DNA of 13,673 nucleotides from Pseudobacteriovorax sp. (GCA_050293845.1 JBNKNM010000151.1:1-13673); one strand, 5' to 3'. Counted from the first letter of the stretch, positions 1-8,964 are shown. Program-made: numbers and translations. The notes: generated from the letters alone by a model not told the origin.

Positions 1-165
1 TTGAATTCTTGTCGAAATCAATCCCAAACGGTTCTGTTCCATAATTTATGGCATTCCGTCGATATTGAGAAGTTACAAAATTCTGGCCTAACTATTAAAA
101 GATACTTTGTTAGGGAGGGATTAAAACCTTCATTTATTGTTATAACTATGACCAAACTTAACTAA
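1..165 (+). CDS. Possible 3' end of a CDS entering from the left edge (unknown protein)
   Basis: Frame 1 is open from base 1 to TAA at 163-165 (LNSCRNQSQTVLFHNLWHSVDIEKLQNSGLTIKRYFVREGLKPSFIVITMTKLN*). It would overlap the end of the convergent DUF3626 gene by 36 nt. No diagnostic motif. Confidence 0.35.
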   Translation: MNSCRNQSQTVLFHNLWHSVDIEKLQNSGLTIKRYFVREGLKPSFIVITMTKLN

Positions 166-1218
166 TATATGCCATAAATATTTTATAGCTTGGAGAGGAT
201 CTGGATGACCAAGTTCCATGGATACCGCTTCAGAGTTTTTCATATACCTTTCCGAAATACCTCCCAACTCTCTGACAGATAAATACCCATCTCCTACGAT
301 ACGCCTAGCAATGAGCGGCATATCTTTACCACGAAAATTTTGGGGTACCTCTAAACTAGAAAGCTGAAACCCAGGATGCCAAGAAACAGGTATATTATAT
401 TTAGCTTCAATATCATTCAAAAAACCACGAATTGGTGGCGAATCAACAAAAGATCTATCAACCACTAATCTTTCAACATCCTTCATTAACTCAATACTTC
501 CATGAATCTGAGCTTCAACATAGTGATTTAAGTTTCTACCAACTGGCTGATTGAAATAGGTTTCATCGTATCCGTTCGAGGAAGAATGAAATAATATGTC
601 AACGACTTCGTCTGTGGAAACATGGAATTTACCAAGAAATAACTCATTTATAAATACACCTGTAAAAAGCTCTGCAAGCAAGCAATCCCAATTTCCAAAA
701 GTGGCCTTACCGTTGGAATTTAGATTTGAATCCATAAATGTGAATGTTGATCTTTTCATAACATCAAGACTTAGTACCATATAGCAGGATCCAAAACGAG
801 GAGCTGGTCCCTCGGGAAATAGTCTGAAGTCTAGAGCTCCATATTTGGGTCTACTGACTTTTGGAGCACGAACAAATGAATCTCCGAACAAGTCATGCTC
901 CCATTGAACTCTTTCACCTCCTTCGTATGCAGATAGTCCTCCATTTGAAATTCCTGTCTCAAATTGGTTTTTGTAAACTCCCTCTTCTAACAAAGATTTA
1001 AGAACCATATTCCCCCTTCGATCAATGCGATCGGGGTGAAAATGAATCGCTACTCTATAGTGTTGATCTATTACAGAGCTTAGCTCGAACCTTTTTTTCA
1101 TGGGGATATCGCACATATGAAAAATATGGTTTAACGTCTCAATAGACGACTCATTTAGTTTTTTAGAATTATTAGAAAATTGCTTAATCGCATTTAATTG
1201 GAATTTGTCCAGCTTCAA
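130..1218 (-). CDS. DUF3626 domain-containing protein
   Basis: 362-aa ORF with motifs I recognise from DUF3626: HFHPDR, YKNQFETGISNGGLSA..GGER..WE..LFG, RPKYGAL, PRFGSCY, RSTFTFMDS, YVEAQIHG..L..DVE.LV.D.SF. The TTG start has AGAGGA just upstream on the minus strand. Confidence 0.85.
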   Translation of the reverse strand: MKLDKFQLNAIKQFSNNSKKLNESSIETLNHIFHMCDIPMKKRFELSSVIDQHYRVAIHFHPDRIDRRGNMVLKSLLEEGVYKNQFETGISNGGLSAYEGGERVQWEHDLFGDSFVRAPKVSRPKYGALDFRLFPEGPAPRFGSCYMVLSLDVMKRSTFTFMDSNLNSNGKATFGNWDCLLAELFTGVFINELFLGKFHVSTDEVVDILFHSSSNGYDETYFNQPVGRNLNHYVEAQIHGSIELMKDVERLVVDRSFVDSPPIRGFLNDIEAKYNIPVSWHPGFQLSSLEVPQNFRGKDMPLIARRIVGDGYLSVRELGGISERYMKNSEAVSMELGHPDPLQAIKYLWHILVKFGHSYNNK

Positions 1219-1440
1219 TTGACATCCTCTATTTGACGTACTTTATTCGTCTTCTCTTTACCAGTCTGCGTCCTAGTTATATTTTAACTCTTCTGTAACA
1301 GTATGGAAAGAGAGCAAGGTAAAACATCGGGTGAAGGTAGACTTTTGGCCCAATACTAGCTTTATAGTCGTCTACCTATCAACTGAACCCCTTCAAAGGC
1401 AGAGCTTACCTCAAGGCTAAGATTTTTTTAATTTAGCTGC

Positions 1441-1469
1441 TTCTCATCAATAACTTTATAAAATAATCT
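1441..1469 (+). promoter_or_regulatory. Candidate sigma70 promoter for the ABC operon
   Basis: TTCTCA (1441-1446), 17-bp spacer, TAATCT (1464-1469), about 40 nt upstream of ATG 1508. Confidence 0.3.
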
Positions 1470-1507
1470 AAGCATTTCCCTTGACCACGCACTGCAGAAA
1501 GGTTGCC

Positions 1508-2389
1508 ATGTTATCTATTCGTAATATAAACAAAACCTATGAAAATGGCGTTCGGGCGCTATCGGACGTAAATCTTGAGATTCCTCAAGGTATGTTTGGC
1601 CTGCTTGGGCCAAACGGTGCGGGAAAGTCATCCTTAATGCGCACTATCTCGACTCTTCAGGATGCCGACTCGGGGACCATCGAGTTTGATGGTGTGAATG
1701 TATTGAAAAACCCTGAGACACTAAGAAAAAATCTAGGTTACCTACCCCAAGATTTTGGTGTTTACCCACGAGTAAGTGCAGAGTTTATGCTCGATCACAT
1801 GGCAATCCTCAAGGGTATCAAGCAAAAAAACCAGAGAAGAGAGCTTGTTGGTCACCTATTGCAGCAAACTAATCTCTACGAAGTACGCAAAAAAAATATC
1901 TCAACTTTTTCAGGTGGTATGAAACAAAGATGGGGCATTGCCCAAGCCTTAATAGGCAACCCTAAGCTGATAGTAGTCGACGAACCTACTGCAGGGCTTG
2001 ATCCCACAGAGAGGATCCGTTTTCATAATTTACTTTGCGAGATCGGTGAAAATGTCGTTGTTATTCTTTCCACCCACATTGTTGATGATGTGGCTGATCT
2101 TTGTCCCAATATGGCCATTCTAAATAAAGGAAGTGTCACTGCCAAAGGCAACCCTATAGACTTAATCGATGGGGTAAAAGGAAAAATCTGGGAGAGAACT
2201 TTTGATCGCAAGGAAGTAGAAGGAGCCAAAGCAAATTGGAATGTCATTTCCACTCAACTACAAATGGGAAAAACGATCGTTAGAGTTTTCAGTGAAGATT
2301 GTCCTGATTCCAGTTTTTCACCAGCAAAAGCAGGTCTAGAAGATGTCTATTTTAGCCGTTTAAGTGAACAAAGTGAGGTTCACCTATGA
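1508..2389 (+). CDS. ABC transporter ATP-binding protein (ABC-2/drug-exporter-type ATPase)
   Basis: Walker A GPNGAGKS, Q-loop YLPQ, signature FSGGMKQR, Walker B IVVDEPTAGLD, H-loop LSTH. ATG 1508 (after GAAAGG) is preferred over the track's TTG 1481. Confidence 0.95.
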   Translation: MLSIRNINKTYENGVRALSDVNLEIPQGMFGLLGPNGAGKSSLMRTISTLQDADSGTIEFDGVNVLKNPETLRKNLGYLPQDFGVYPRVSAEFMLDHMAILKGIKQKNQRRELVGHLLQQTNLYEVRKKNISTFSGGMKQRWGIAQALIGNPKLIVVDEPTAGLDPTERIRFHNLLCEIGENVVVILSTHIVDDVADLCPNMAILNKGSVTAKGNPIDLIDGVKGKIWERTFDRKEVEGAKANWNVISTQLQMGKTIVRVFSEDCPDSSFSPAKAGLEDVYFSRLSEQSEVHL

Positions 2390-5300
2390 CCTGGAATATT
2401 TTTAAATTCGAATGTCGCTATCAGCTAAGGCAACCTACCTTTTGGGTTTCTGCCACCATATTTTTCCTTTTAGCCTTCTTTGCTACCATTTCAGATAACG
2501 TACGTATAGGAGATACAGCGTCCAACATTTTCGTAAATGCTCCCTATACCATTTTCATTACTAACTTTATTTTCTCCATCATCGCTATTTTCTTCGCTGC
2601 TTCCTTTATCGCCAGCACAGTCATTAGGGATTTTGAAAATAAATCGGCTGAGATTCTATATAGCACACCTATGTCCAAATTTTCCTATCTATACGGTCGG
2701 TTTTCAGGTGGCTGGATTATGAGTGTAGCAGCCTTTGCCATGGTGAGCTTAGGTATTCTTTTGGGAAGTATTTGGCCAACCCTAGACCCCGAAACGGTAG
2801 GCCCCTTTACTGTTGCACCCTATCTGCAATCATTATTTCTCATCATATTGCCAAACCTATTTATTTCGGGTTCCATTGTTTTCTTCTTATCTACGATGAC
2901 TCGCAGTCTCATGGCTACCTACTTAGGTCTTTTGGTTCTCTTTATCATCTATTTTGTTGGTCAGACCTTCCTAGATAACCCTGAATTAAGGACCATCGCA
3001 GCACTTTCAGATCCATTTGGTCTCAGTGCCTTCGGTGATATGAGTCGCTATTGGACCCCACATGAGAAAAATCATAGTCTTATGTCTTTAAGTAAGATTT
3101 TTCTAATGAACCGCCTCATATGGATCTTTTTCTGCAGCATTCTATTAGGCCTTACGAGCTATTTATTTCCCATGACAGCTATCAAAAAGACAAAGATAAA
3201 AAAAGCTTCTTCAAAAGATGAACAAAAGCCATCCTTCAAAACAAATTTTTCAGATATAGACAAGGGAAATCAACCTCTAAAGCAATTTATCACTCGCGTA
3301 ACATTCGAAACCTTATCAGTGTTTAAATCCATTCCTTTTATTGTTCTTTTATTCATGACCATTCTCCAGGTTGCTGGGCTCATCTATGCCCAGCGATCGT
3401 TTTTGGATGCAGATATCTATCCTTTAACCCGTATTATGACCGAAGTGGTTAACAATGCGAGTAATCTCTACTTACTCATTGTTCTCATTTACTACGCAGC
3501 AGAGATTTCTTGGCGCGAACGAAAGGCTCATATCCATGAAATCATTGACGCTACACCGGCTCCAAACTGGACCTTTAGTTTGGCCAAGGTTTTTTCAGTT
3601 CTCCTGGTCATTGGCTCAACCATGATGGTAGGAATCGCTACCACTATTGTCTATCAACTGGTGAAGGGAGTCACCAATCTTGAGTTGGGACTTTACTTTA
3701 CGAACACCCTATTAATAGGGGGCTTTCGCCTTTATCTCCTCGCTTTATTGGCTATGTTTATCCAACAGTTCGTTAAAAACCAATTCATAGGTATGATTAT
3801 TATCGTCGCCTATTTCATCTTCAATGTCATGATCTCTAATTTAGGCTTTCAAGATGGACTTTATCGCCTCGGCTTTACCAAATCTATCCCCTACTCTGAT
3901 ATCAATGGATATGGACATTTTTTTAGTCACTCTAAATGGTTCTTCTTTTATTGGTCCTCCTTTGCGGGTCTACTTATTGCAGTGACTATGGCTCTATATC
4001 GAAGAGGAACCTCCTTCTCTCTTGTTAACCGATTAAAACTAGCCTGGTTAAACCAGAGTTTAGCAAGTAAGAGCTTAGTGAGCCTTTTTTTGATTGGTAT
4101 GATCTCTTCTGGTGCCTATATTTTTCACAATACTCATGTGGTCAATGAATTCCGTTCTTCAGAGGAGAAGCTTGACTTGAGTGCTGCCTATGAGAAAGAG
4201 TTTATCAAGTTCAAAGATCTTGCCCAGCCCAAGGTCACCAAAGTGTACACCGAGGTCAACCTATTTCCTCACCAACAGAGGGCAGAAATAGACGGAACAT
4301 TAACACTTGTTAACAAGTGGGACAAAGAGATCCAGTCTCTTCACATCACGATTCCAAAGAAAATTACTGTCCATGAACTCAGGTTGTCAAGAACCACTAC
4401 AAAAGAAATTCCCAATGAGAAGTTTCGCCACTACATCTATCACTTTGAAGAACCACTTCAACCCCAGAGCTCTCTTACCCTTAATTTTTCTGTGACATAT
4501 GGACGCAAAGGCTTCAGCAATAGCTCCATAGAAACAGCTGTCGTAGACAATGGTTCCTTCTTACACAGCTATAAATTTTTGCCTGGAATAGGTTATAACA
4601 AATCTTGGGAGGTCTCAGACCCGAAGGATCGGAGAGATCGTGACCTACCTAAGACGACTCCTCTTCCACCTCTAGAAAGTACTAAGGATTATCAGAATCA
4701 CTACATCGGTGACGATGCCGACTGGGTAGATTTCGAGACAGTAGTAAGTACAGTGGAGGATCAAACCGCTATCGCTCCAGGTTATTTGCAAAAAGAATGG
4801 ACAGATAACGGGAGAAAATATTTCCATTATAAAATGGATGCCCCCATCCTATACTTCTTTGCTTATCTTTCAGCTAGGTTTGAGGTTGCCAAAGAAATGC
4901 ATCATGGCATCTCTCTGGAAATATACTACCACAAAGGGCACGATTACAATTTAAGTAATATGTTCGATAGTATGAAGGCGTCTATTGACTACTTTTCCGA
5001 ACAATTTAGTCCTTATCAGCATCGACAAGCAAGGATCATCGAGTTTCCAGCTTATGCGTCCTTAGCCCAATCTCTCCCTAATACCATTCCATACTCAGAA
5101 TCTATTGGGTTCATCGCTGATCTAAGAGACAAAGAAGCCATTGACTTTGTCTATTATGTAACGGCCCATGAACTCGCTCATCAATGGTGGGGCCACCAAT
5201 TAGTTGGTGCAAATGTTCAAGGTGCTACCCTATTGTCAGAATCTCTTTCCCAGTACTCAGCCCTGATGGTGATGGAAAAAACTTACGGTGAATATCAAAT

Positions 5301-5949
5301 CCGCAAGTTTTTGAAGTTTGAACTCGATCGCTACCTCCGGTCTCGGGGCAACGAAAGTCGTAAGGAACTTCCTATAGGCCGCAATGAAAATCAACAATAT
5401 ATCCACTATCGTAAGGGAAGTCTGGTTCTATATGCTTTGAAAGACTATATAGGTGAAGAGAAACTCAACAGAGCTTTGAATAAGTTTGTCGAACAGTACA
5501 AATTCAGAGGACCTCCCTATCCCACCAGTAAAGATCTCATTAAATATATTAGAGAAGAGGCATCAGCTGAACATCAGGACATCATTACTGACCTTTTTGA
5601 AAATATTACGCTCTATGATCTGAAAGCGAAAAAAGTTACTTTGACCAAACAAGAAGATGGTAAATTTGCCATAGAATTCAAAATTGAAACAGTAAAACTT
5701 TACGCCGATGAACATGGAATGGAGTCGTCTTCACCTTTAGATGAGTTGATTGATATCGGTGTATTCACCAAGCACCCCAAAGAAATCAAGTCTAAAGATG
5801 ATGTTCTCTACTTAGCAAAGCACCGAATTCAAGGTGATGATAATATCATCCGCCTCGTTTTAGACAAGGAACCTAAGTATATTGGCATTGATCCTTATAA
5901 CAAGTTGGTTGATAGGGACTCTGATGACAATATTAAAATCATCAACTAG
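2386..5949 (+). CDS. ABC-2-type permease (two tandem membrane repeats) fused to a C-terminal M1-family zinc aminopeptidase domain
   Basis: The N-terminal half has two hydrophobic multi-TM blocks with matching RDFENKSAEILYSTP and RERKAHIHEIIDATP loops. The C-terminal half has HELAH (5167-5181), a downstream Glu (5239-5241) and YRKG. ATGA overlap with the ATPase stop suggests translational coupling. Confidence 0.92.
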   Translation: MTWNIFKFECRYQLRQPTFWVSATIFFLLAFFATISDNVRIGDTASNIFVNAPYTIFITNFIFSIIAIFFAASFIASTVIRDFENKSAEILYSTPMSKFSYLYGRFSGGWIMSVAAFAMVSLGILLGSIWPTLDPETVGPFTVAPYLQSLFLIILPNLFISGSIVFFLSTMTRSLMATYLGLLVLFIIYFVGQTFLDNPELRTIAALSDPFGLSAFGDMSRYWTPHEKNHSLMSLSKIFLMNRLIWIFFCSILLGLTSYLFPMTAIKKTKIKKASSKDEQKPSFKTNFSDIDKGNQPLKQFITRVTFETLSVFKSIPFIVLLFMTILQVAGLIYAQRSFLDADIYPLTRIMTEVVNNASNLYLLIVLIYYAAEISWRERKAHIHEIIDATPAPNWTFSLAKVFSVLLVIGSTMMVGIATTIVYQLVKGVTNLELGLYFTNTLLIGGFRLYLLALLAMFIQQFVKNQFIGMIIIVAYFIFNVMISNLGFQDGLYRLGFTKSIPYSDINGYGHFFSHSKWFFFYWSSFAGLLIAVTMALYRRGTSFSLVNRLKLAWLNQSLASKSLVSLFLIGMISSGAYIFHNTHVVNEFRSSEEKLDLSAAYEKEFIKFKDLAQPKVTKVYTEVNLFPHQQRAEIDGTLTLVNKWDKEIQSLHITIPKKITVHELRLSRTTTKEIPNEKFRHYIYHFEEPLQPQSSLTLNFSVTYGRKGFSNSSIETAVVDNGSFLHSYKFLPGIGYNKSWEVSDPKDRRDRDLPKTTPLPPLESTKDYQNHYIGDDADWVDFETVVSTVEDQTAIAPGYLQKEWTDNGRKYFHYKMDAPILYFFAYLSARFEVAKEMHHGISLEIYYHKGHDYNLSNMFDSMKASIDYFSEQFSPYQHRQARIIEFPAYASLAQSLPNTIPYSESIGFIADLRDKEAIDFVYYVTAHELAHQWWGHQLVGANVQGATLLSESLSQYSALMVMEKTYGEYQIRKFLKFELDRYLRSRGNESRKELPIGRNENQQYIHYRKGSLVLYALKDYIGEEKLNRALNKFVEQYKFRGPPYPTSKDLIKYIREEASAEHQDIITDLFENITLYDLKAKKVTLTKQEDGKFAIEFKIETVKLYADEHGMESSSPLDELIDIGVFTKHPKEIKSKDDVLYLAKHRIQGDDNIIRLVLDKEPKYIGIDPYNKLVDRDSDDNIKIIN

Positions 5950-5958
5950 TCTAATTGA

Positions 5959-5994
5959 CTATGCAAGATTCATATAATCTTGCATAGGATTTTT
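5959..5994 (+). terminator. Intrinsic terminator-like hairpin after the ABC operon
   Basis: Perfect 12-bp stem CTATGCAAGATT (5959-5970) / AATCTTGCATAG (5976-5987), 5-nt loop, followed by GATTTTT. Confidence 0.75.
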
Positions 5995-6171
5995 ACACCA
6001 CTAATACATCTGAATACGATGCTCTCTTAAGTAACAGTACATATCCGATGGTAGACTTTTTTGCGAATTTTCCGTCAATTCGTGACTGTTTTTTCGAAGC
6101 TCATGATTGTCGCAGTGGAGACGTTCCACAGTAACAGTATTACCCAGTGTGATTCTGCTTAACAGGTTCCC

Positions 6172-6207
6172 ATATCTTTTCCCTATCGCACAATAGTTAT
6201 GATATAT
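6172..6207 (+). promoter_or_regulatory. OxyR/LysR-type binding box upstream of katG
   Basis: ATAT-N7-CTAT-N6-ATAG-N7-ATAT, versus the OxyR consensus ATAG-N7-CTAT-N7-ATAG-N7-CTAT. Lies about 95 nt upstream of a catalase-peroxidase gene. Confidence 0.55.
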
Positions 6208-6302
6208 TCGAAAAATTCTTGTGACTTGTCGATACTGAGTCCGTAACAAAAAATCCACTATCTTCGCAAGCGAAGTATTGTAACGACTGAAGGAGTAGCG
6301 AT

Positions 6303-8585
6303 TTGAAAAGGAATCAGACGACTAAATTAATCAGAGTGCTAAGTGTTGCAGCATTTACAGCAGCATCTTATGGTTATGCAAAGCCAGAAATGAATAAATC
6401 TATGGGGGGTAATCATAATAAGTACATGCAAGCAGACCAGCCTAAAAACAACCAATACTGGTGGCCCGACCAGTTGGACCTATCCCAGCTGAGGGATCAT
6501 GATAAACGCTCTAACCCGCTTGGTGAAGATTTCAACTATGCAGAAGAATTTAACAAGCTTGACCTCGATGCATTAAAAAAAGATATAGATAAACTTCTTA
6601 CGACTCCCCAGGACTGGTGGCCAGCTGATTTTGGCAATTATGGACCGTTCTTTATCCGCATGGCCTGGCATAGTTCAGGAACCTACCGCACGCTTGATGG
6701 GCGCGGTGGTGGTGATGGCGGCCAGATGCGCTTTAATCCCCTCAATAGCTGGCCCGACAACGCAAGTTTAGACAAGGCGCGCCGTCTTTTATGGCCTATC
6801 AAACGAAAGTATGGGGCCAGCATCTCTTGGGGTGACTTGATGATCCTTACGGGCAACGTGTCCCTAGAAAATATGGGATTCAAAACTTATGGTTTCGCTG
6901 GAGGTCGTACCGATGATTGGGAGCCGGATCTGGTCTATTGGGGACCAGAGCTTGAGATGCTAGCAAGCGATCGCATTGAGAAGTCAGGCGAGTTAAAGCG
7001 CCCCTTAGGGGCCACCCATATGGGTCTAATCTATGTAAACCCCGAAGGTCCTCGTGGCAGGCCGGACCCTATAGGTTCTGCCAAAAACATTCGCGTTGCC
7101 TTTGGTAGGATGGCGATGAATGACGAGGAAACAGTGGCTCTTGTCGCCGGGGGTCACACTTTTGGAAAAATGCACGGGGCGCACAAAGCTGCCAAGTGTA
7201 TTGGCAAAGACCCTGGTGGTGCAGCCATCGAGCAACAAGGCTTAGGCTGGAAAAATAAGTGTGGTAAAGGTCATTCCGAGGACACGGTAACTAGTGGCCT
7301 CGAAGGTGCATGGACGCAAGCCCCTACAAAATGGACAACACTTTATTTGCAAAACCTCCTCAACATTGAATGGGAGCAAACGAGAAGTCCTAGTGGAGCC
7401 ATCCAGTGGGTTCCCAAAGACAAGGCATTGCACAAGGCCGCTCCCGATGCCCACATCAAAGGAAAAAGAAATCCTATAGTCATGACAACAGCTGATCTAG
7501 CTTTAAAATTCGATCCTCAGTACAAAAAGATCGCTGAACGTTTTCTGAAAAACCCGGATGAATATCAAAAGGCTTTTTCCAAAGCCTGGTACAAGCTTAC
7601 CCATCGTGATATGGGTCCCAGAACGCGCTACCTAGGTAAACAGGTTCCTAAAGAAACCCTAATCTGGCAAGATCCGATTCCGGTAGTAGATTATAAAACA
7701 GTCGACGCTGAAGATATTAATGAGCTTAAAGAAGATATTCTTGAATCTGGGCTCACGGTACCTGAGTTGGTACGCACTGCTTGGGCTGCGGCCACTAGTT
7801 TCCGGGCTTCCGATATGCGAGGTGGAGCCAATGGTGCTCGCCTTCGCCTAGCGCCACAAAAAGACTGGGCCGTAAACAACCCCAAAGAATTAGTGAAAGT
7901 TCTCAAAAAACTCACTGACATTCAAGAGGGTTTCAATAGCGCTTTCTTTGGAAAAGCCAAGATATCTCTGGCAGATACGATTGTTCTTGCAGGAGCAGCC
8001 GCAATCGAAAAGGCGGCTAAGCATGCTGGTGTGACGGTTAGCGTGCCCTTCAAGCCGGGGCGTGCCGATGCCAGTCAAGAGCAAACGGACATAGATTCCT
8101 TTGCCGTGCTTGAGCCTAAGGCAGATGCTTTCCGCAACTACTTTAACCCCAAAGGCAACTACCGCTCTCCTGCAGAAATGCTTGTAGATCGTGCTGACCA
8201 ACTACGTTTGACAGTTCCTGAGATGACAGTTCTCGTCGGCGGTATGCGCGCACTCGATGCAAACACCGGTGGATCGAGACACGGTATCTTTACAGACAAA
8301 CCTGGGACTCTCAGCAACGACTTCTTCGTCAATCTACTTGATATGAGCACACGCTGGCGTAAAGGAAACAATGATGGGCTTTATGAAGGGCTCGATCGTA
8401 AGTCCGGTAAGGTCAAATTTACCGCGACGACAGTCGATCTGATCTTTGGCTCCAACTCTGAGCTACGCACCATAGCTGAAGCCTATGCATACAGCGATGC
8501 CAAAGAGCGTTTTGTTAAAGACTTCGTTAAAGCCTGGACTAAGGTCATGCAGTTGGATCGTTTTGATCTGAAACACGATATTTAA
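6303..8585 (+). CDS. katG: Catalase-peroxidase with a probable N-terminal Sec signal peptide
   Basis: Distal [21 protein letters not shown] (adduct Tyr), [23 protein letters not shown] (adduct Met, proximal His), [19 protein letters not shown] and the duplicated C-terminal domain. TTG start with AAGGAG at 6290-6295. Confidence 0.98.
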   Translation: MKRNQTTKLIRVLSVAAFTAASYGYAKPEMNKSMGGNHNKYMQADQPKNNQYWWPDQLDLSQLRDHDKRSNPLGEDFNYAEEFNKLDLDALKKDIDKLLTTPQDWWPADFGNYGPFFIRMAWHSSGTYRTLDGRGGGDGGQMRFNPLNSWPDNASLDKARRLLWPIKRKYGASISWGDLMILTGNVSLENMGFKTYGFAGGRTDDWEPDLVYWGPELEMLASDRIEKSGELKRPLGATHMGLIYVNPEGPRGRPDPIGSAKNIRVAFGRMAMNDEETVALVAGGHTFGKMHGAHKAAKCIGKDPGGAAIEQQGLGWKNKCGKGHSEDTVTSGLEGAWTQAPTKWTTLYLQNLLNIEWEQTRSPSGAIQWVPKDKALHKAAPDAHIKGKRNPIVMTTADLALKFDPQYKKIAERFLKNPDEYQKAFSKAWYKLTHRDMGPRTRYLGKQVPKETLIWQDPIPVVDYKTVDAEDINELKEDILESGLTVPELVRTAWAAATSFRASDMRGGANGARLRLAPQKDWAVNNPKELVKVLKKLTDIQEGFNSAFFGKAKISLADTIVLAGAAAIEKAAKHAGVTVSVPFKPGRADASQEQTDIDSFAVLEPKADAFRNYFNPKGNYRSPAEMLVDRADQLRLTVPEMTVLVGGMRALDANTGGSRHGIFTDKPGTLSNDFFVNLLDMSTRWRKGNNDGLYEGLDRKSGKVKFTATTVDLIFGSNSELRTIAEAYAYSDAKERFVKDFVKAWTKVMQLDRFDLKHDI

Positions 8586-8651
8586 GATACTTTGCTTCGA
8601 TTTTTCCTATAGCAGCTTCTTAAAGTGTTTATTTCTCGGATCGGAAAGATT

Positions 8652-8823
8652 GAAAAATAAGTTAATAATGTTAAGGAATTCGAAAAACTTCGGTTGCCAG
8701 GCATAATGACCTTACTAAACTGTAGCGACCGAGGTAGGTGAGGATTTCGGAAGGTTGGCACAACGCAACAAGTGAAGAGTTTTTCGGATTCCAGTTATTT
8801 CTATTTTTCGCTTGCCTGGCAAC
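8652..8823. repeat. Interleaved inverted-repeat element (candidate invertible segment or structured ncRNA)
   Basis: GGAATTCGAAAAACT 8675-8689 / AGTTTTTCGGATTCC 8778-8792 (14/15). GTTGCCAGGCA 8693-8703 / TGCCTGGCAAC 8813-8823 (11/11). GAAAAATA 8652-8659 / TATTTTTC 8802-8809. The repeats are directly visible; their function is not established. Confidence 0.8.
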
Positions 8824-8964
8824 GTCACATTCATGATAAACAGCTTGACACACTGAAAATCATTGGGTTTATTTACTCACTCTAAAGATTCTGTTTACTT
8901 TATTGTAGGTCCTCATTTTTTTGAGTAAAATAAATGTATAAAAACAAAAGGAATGGGACAAGTT

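Noticed and set aside
6001..6258. 85-aa minus-strand ORF between the ABC operon and katG
   Set aside because: No recognisable motif or RBS, and it overlaps the katG regulatory region; probably spurious.
6303..8585. Higher GC of katG as proof of horizontal transfer
   Set aside because: Hand-counted katG lines were 30/60 GC, but a trkA line was 29/60, and KatG is Gly/Ala/Pro-rich. Composition alone is not decisive; a phylogeny is needed.
6206..8687. ATTCGAAAAA direct repeat flanking katG (6206-6215, 8678-8687) as an insertion scar
   Set aside because: Only 10 bp and A-rich; compatible with chance.
8693..8823. Retron msr-msd (a1/a2-like 11-bp repeat followed by AGCG on the minus strand)
   Set aside because: No reverse transcriptase in the window, no long msd hairpin, and the G-U pattern favours the + strand.
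8687..8823. ZMP/ZTP (pfl) riboswitch resemblance (GCGACC stem, CAGGC/GCCUG distal pairing)
   Set aside because: The conserved GACUGGCG and P2/GGGAG core is missing, and the downstream genes are not purine or folate related. tRNA, SRP and 6S signatures were also not found.
8671..8853. 60-aa minus-strand ORF over the repeat element
   Set aside because: GTG start without a clear RBS, no motif, and not hydrophobic like a type I toxin.
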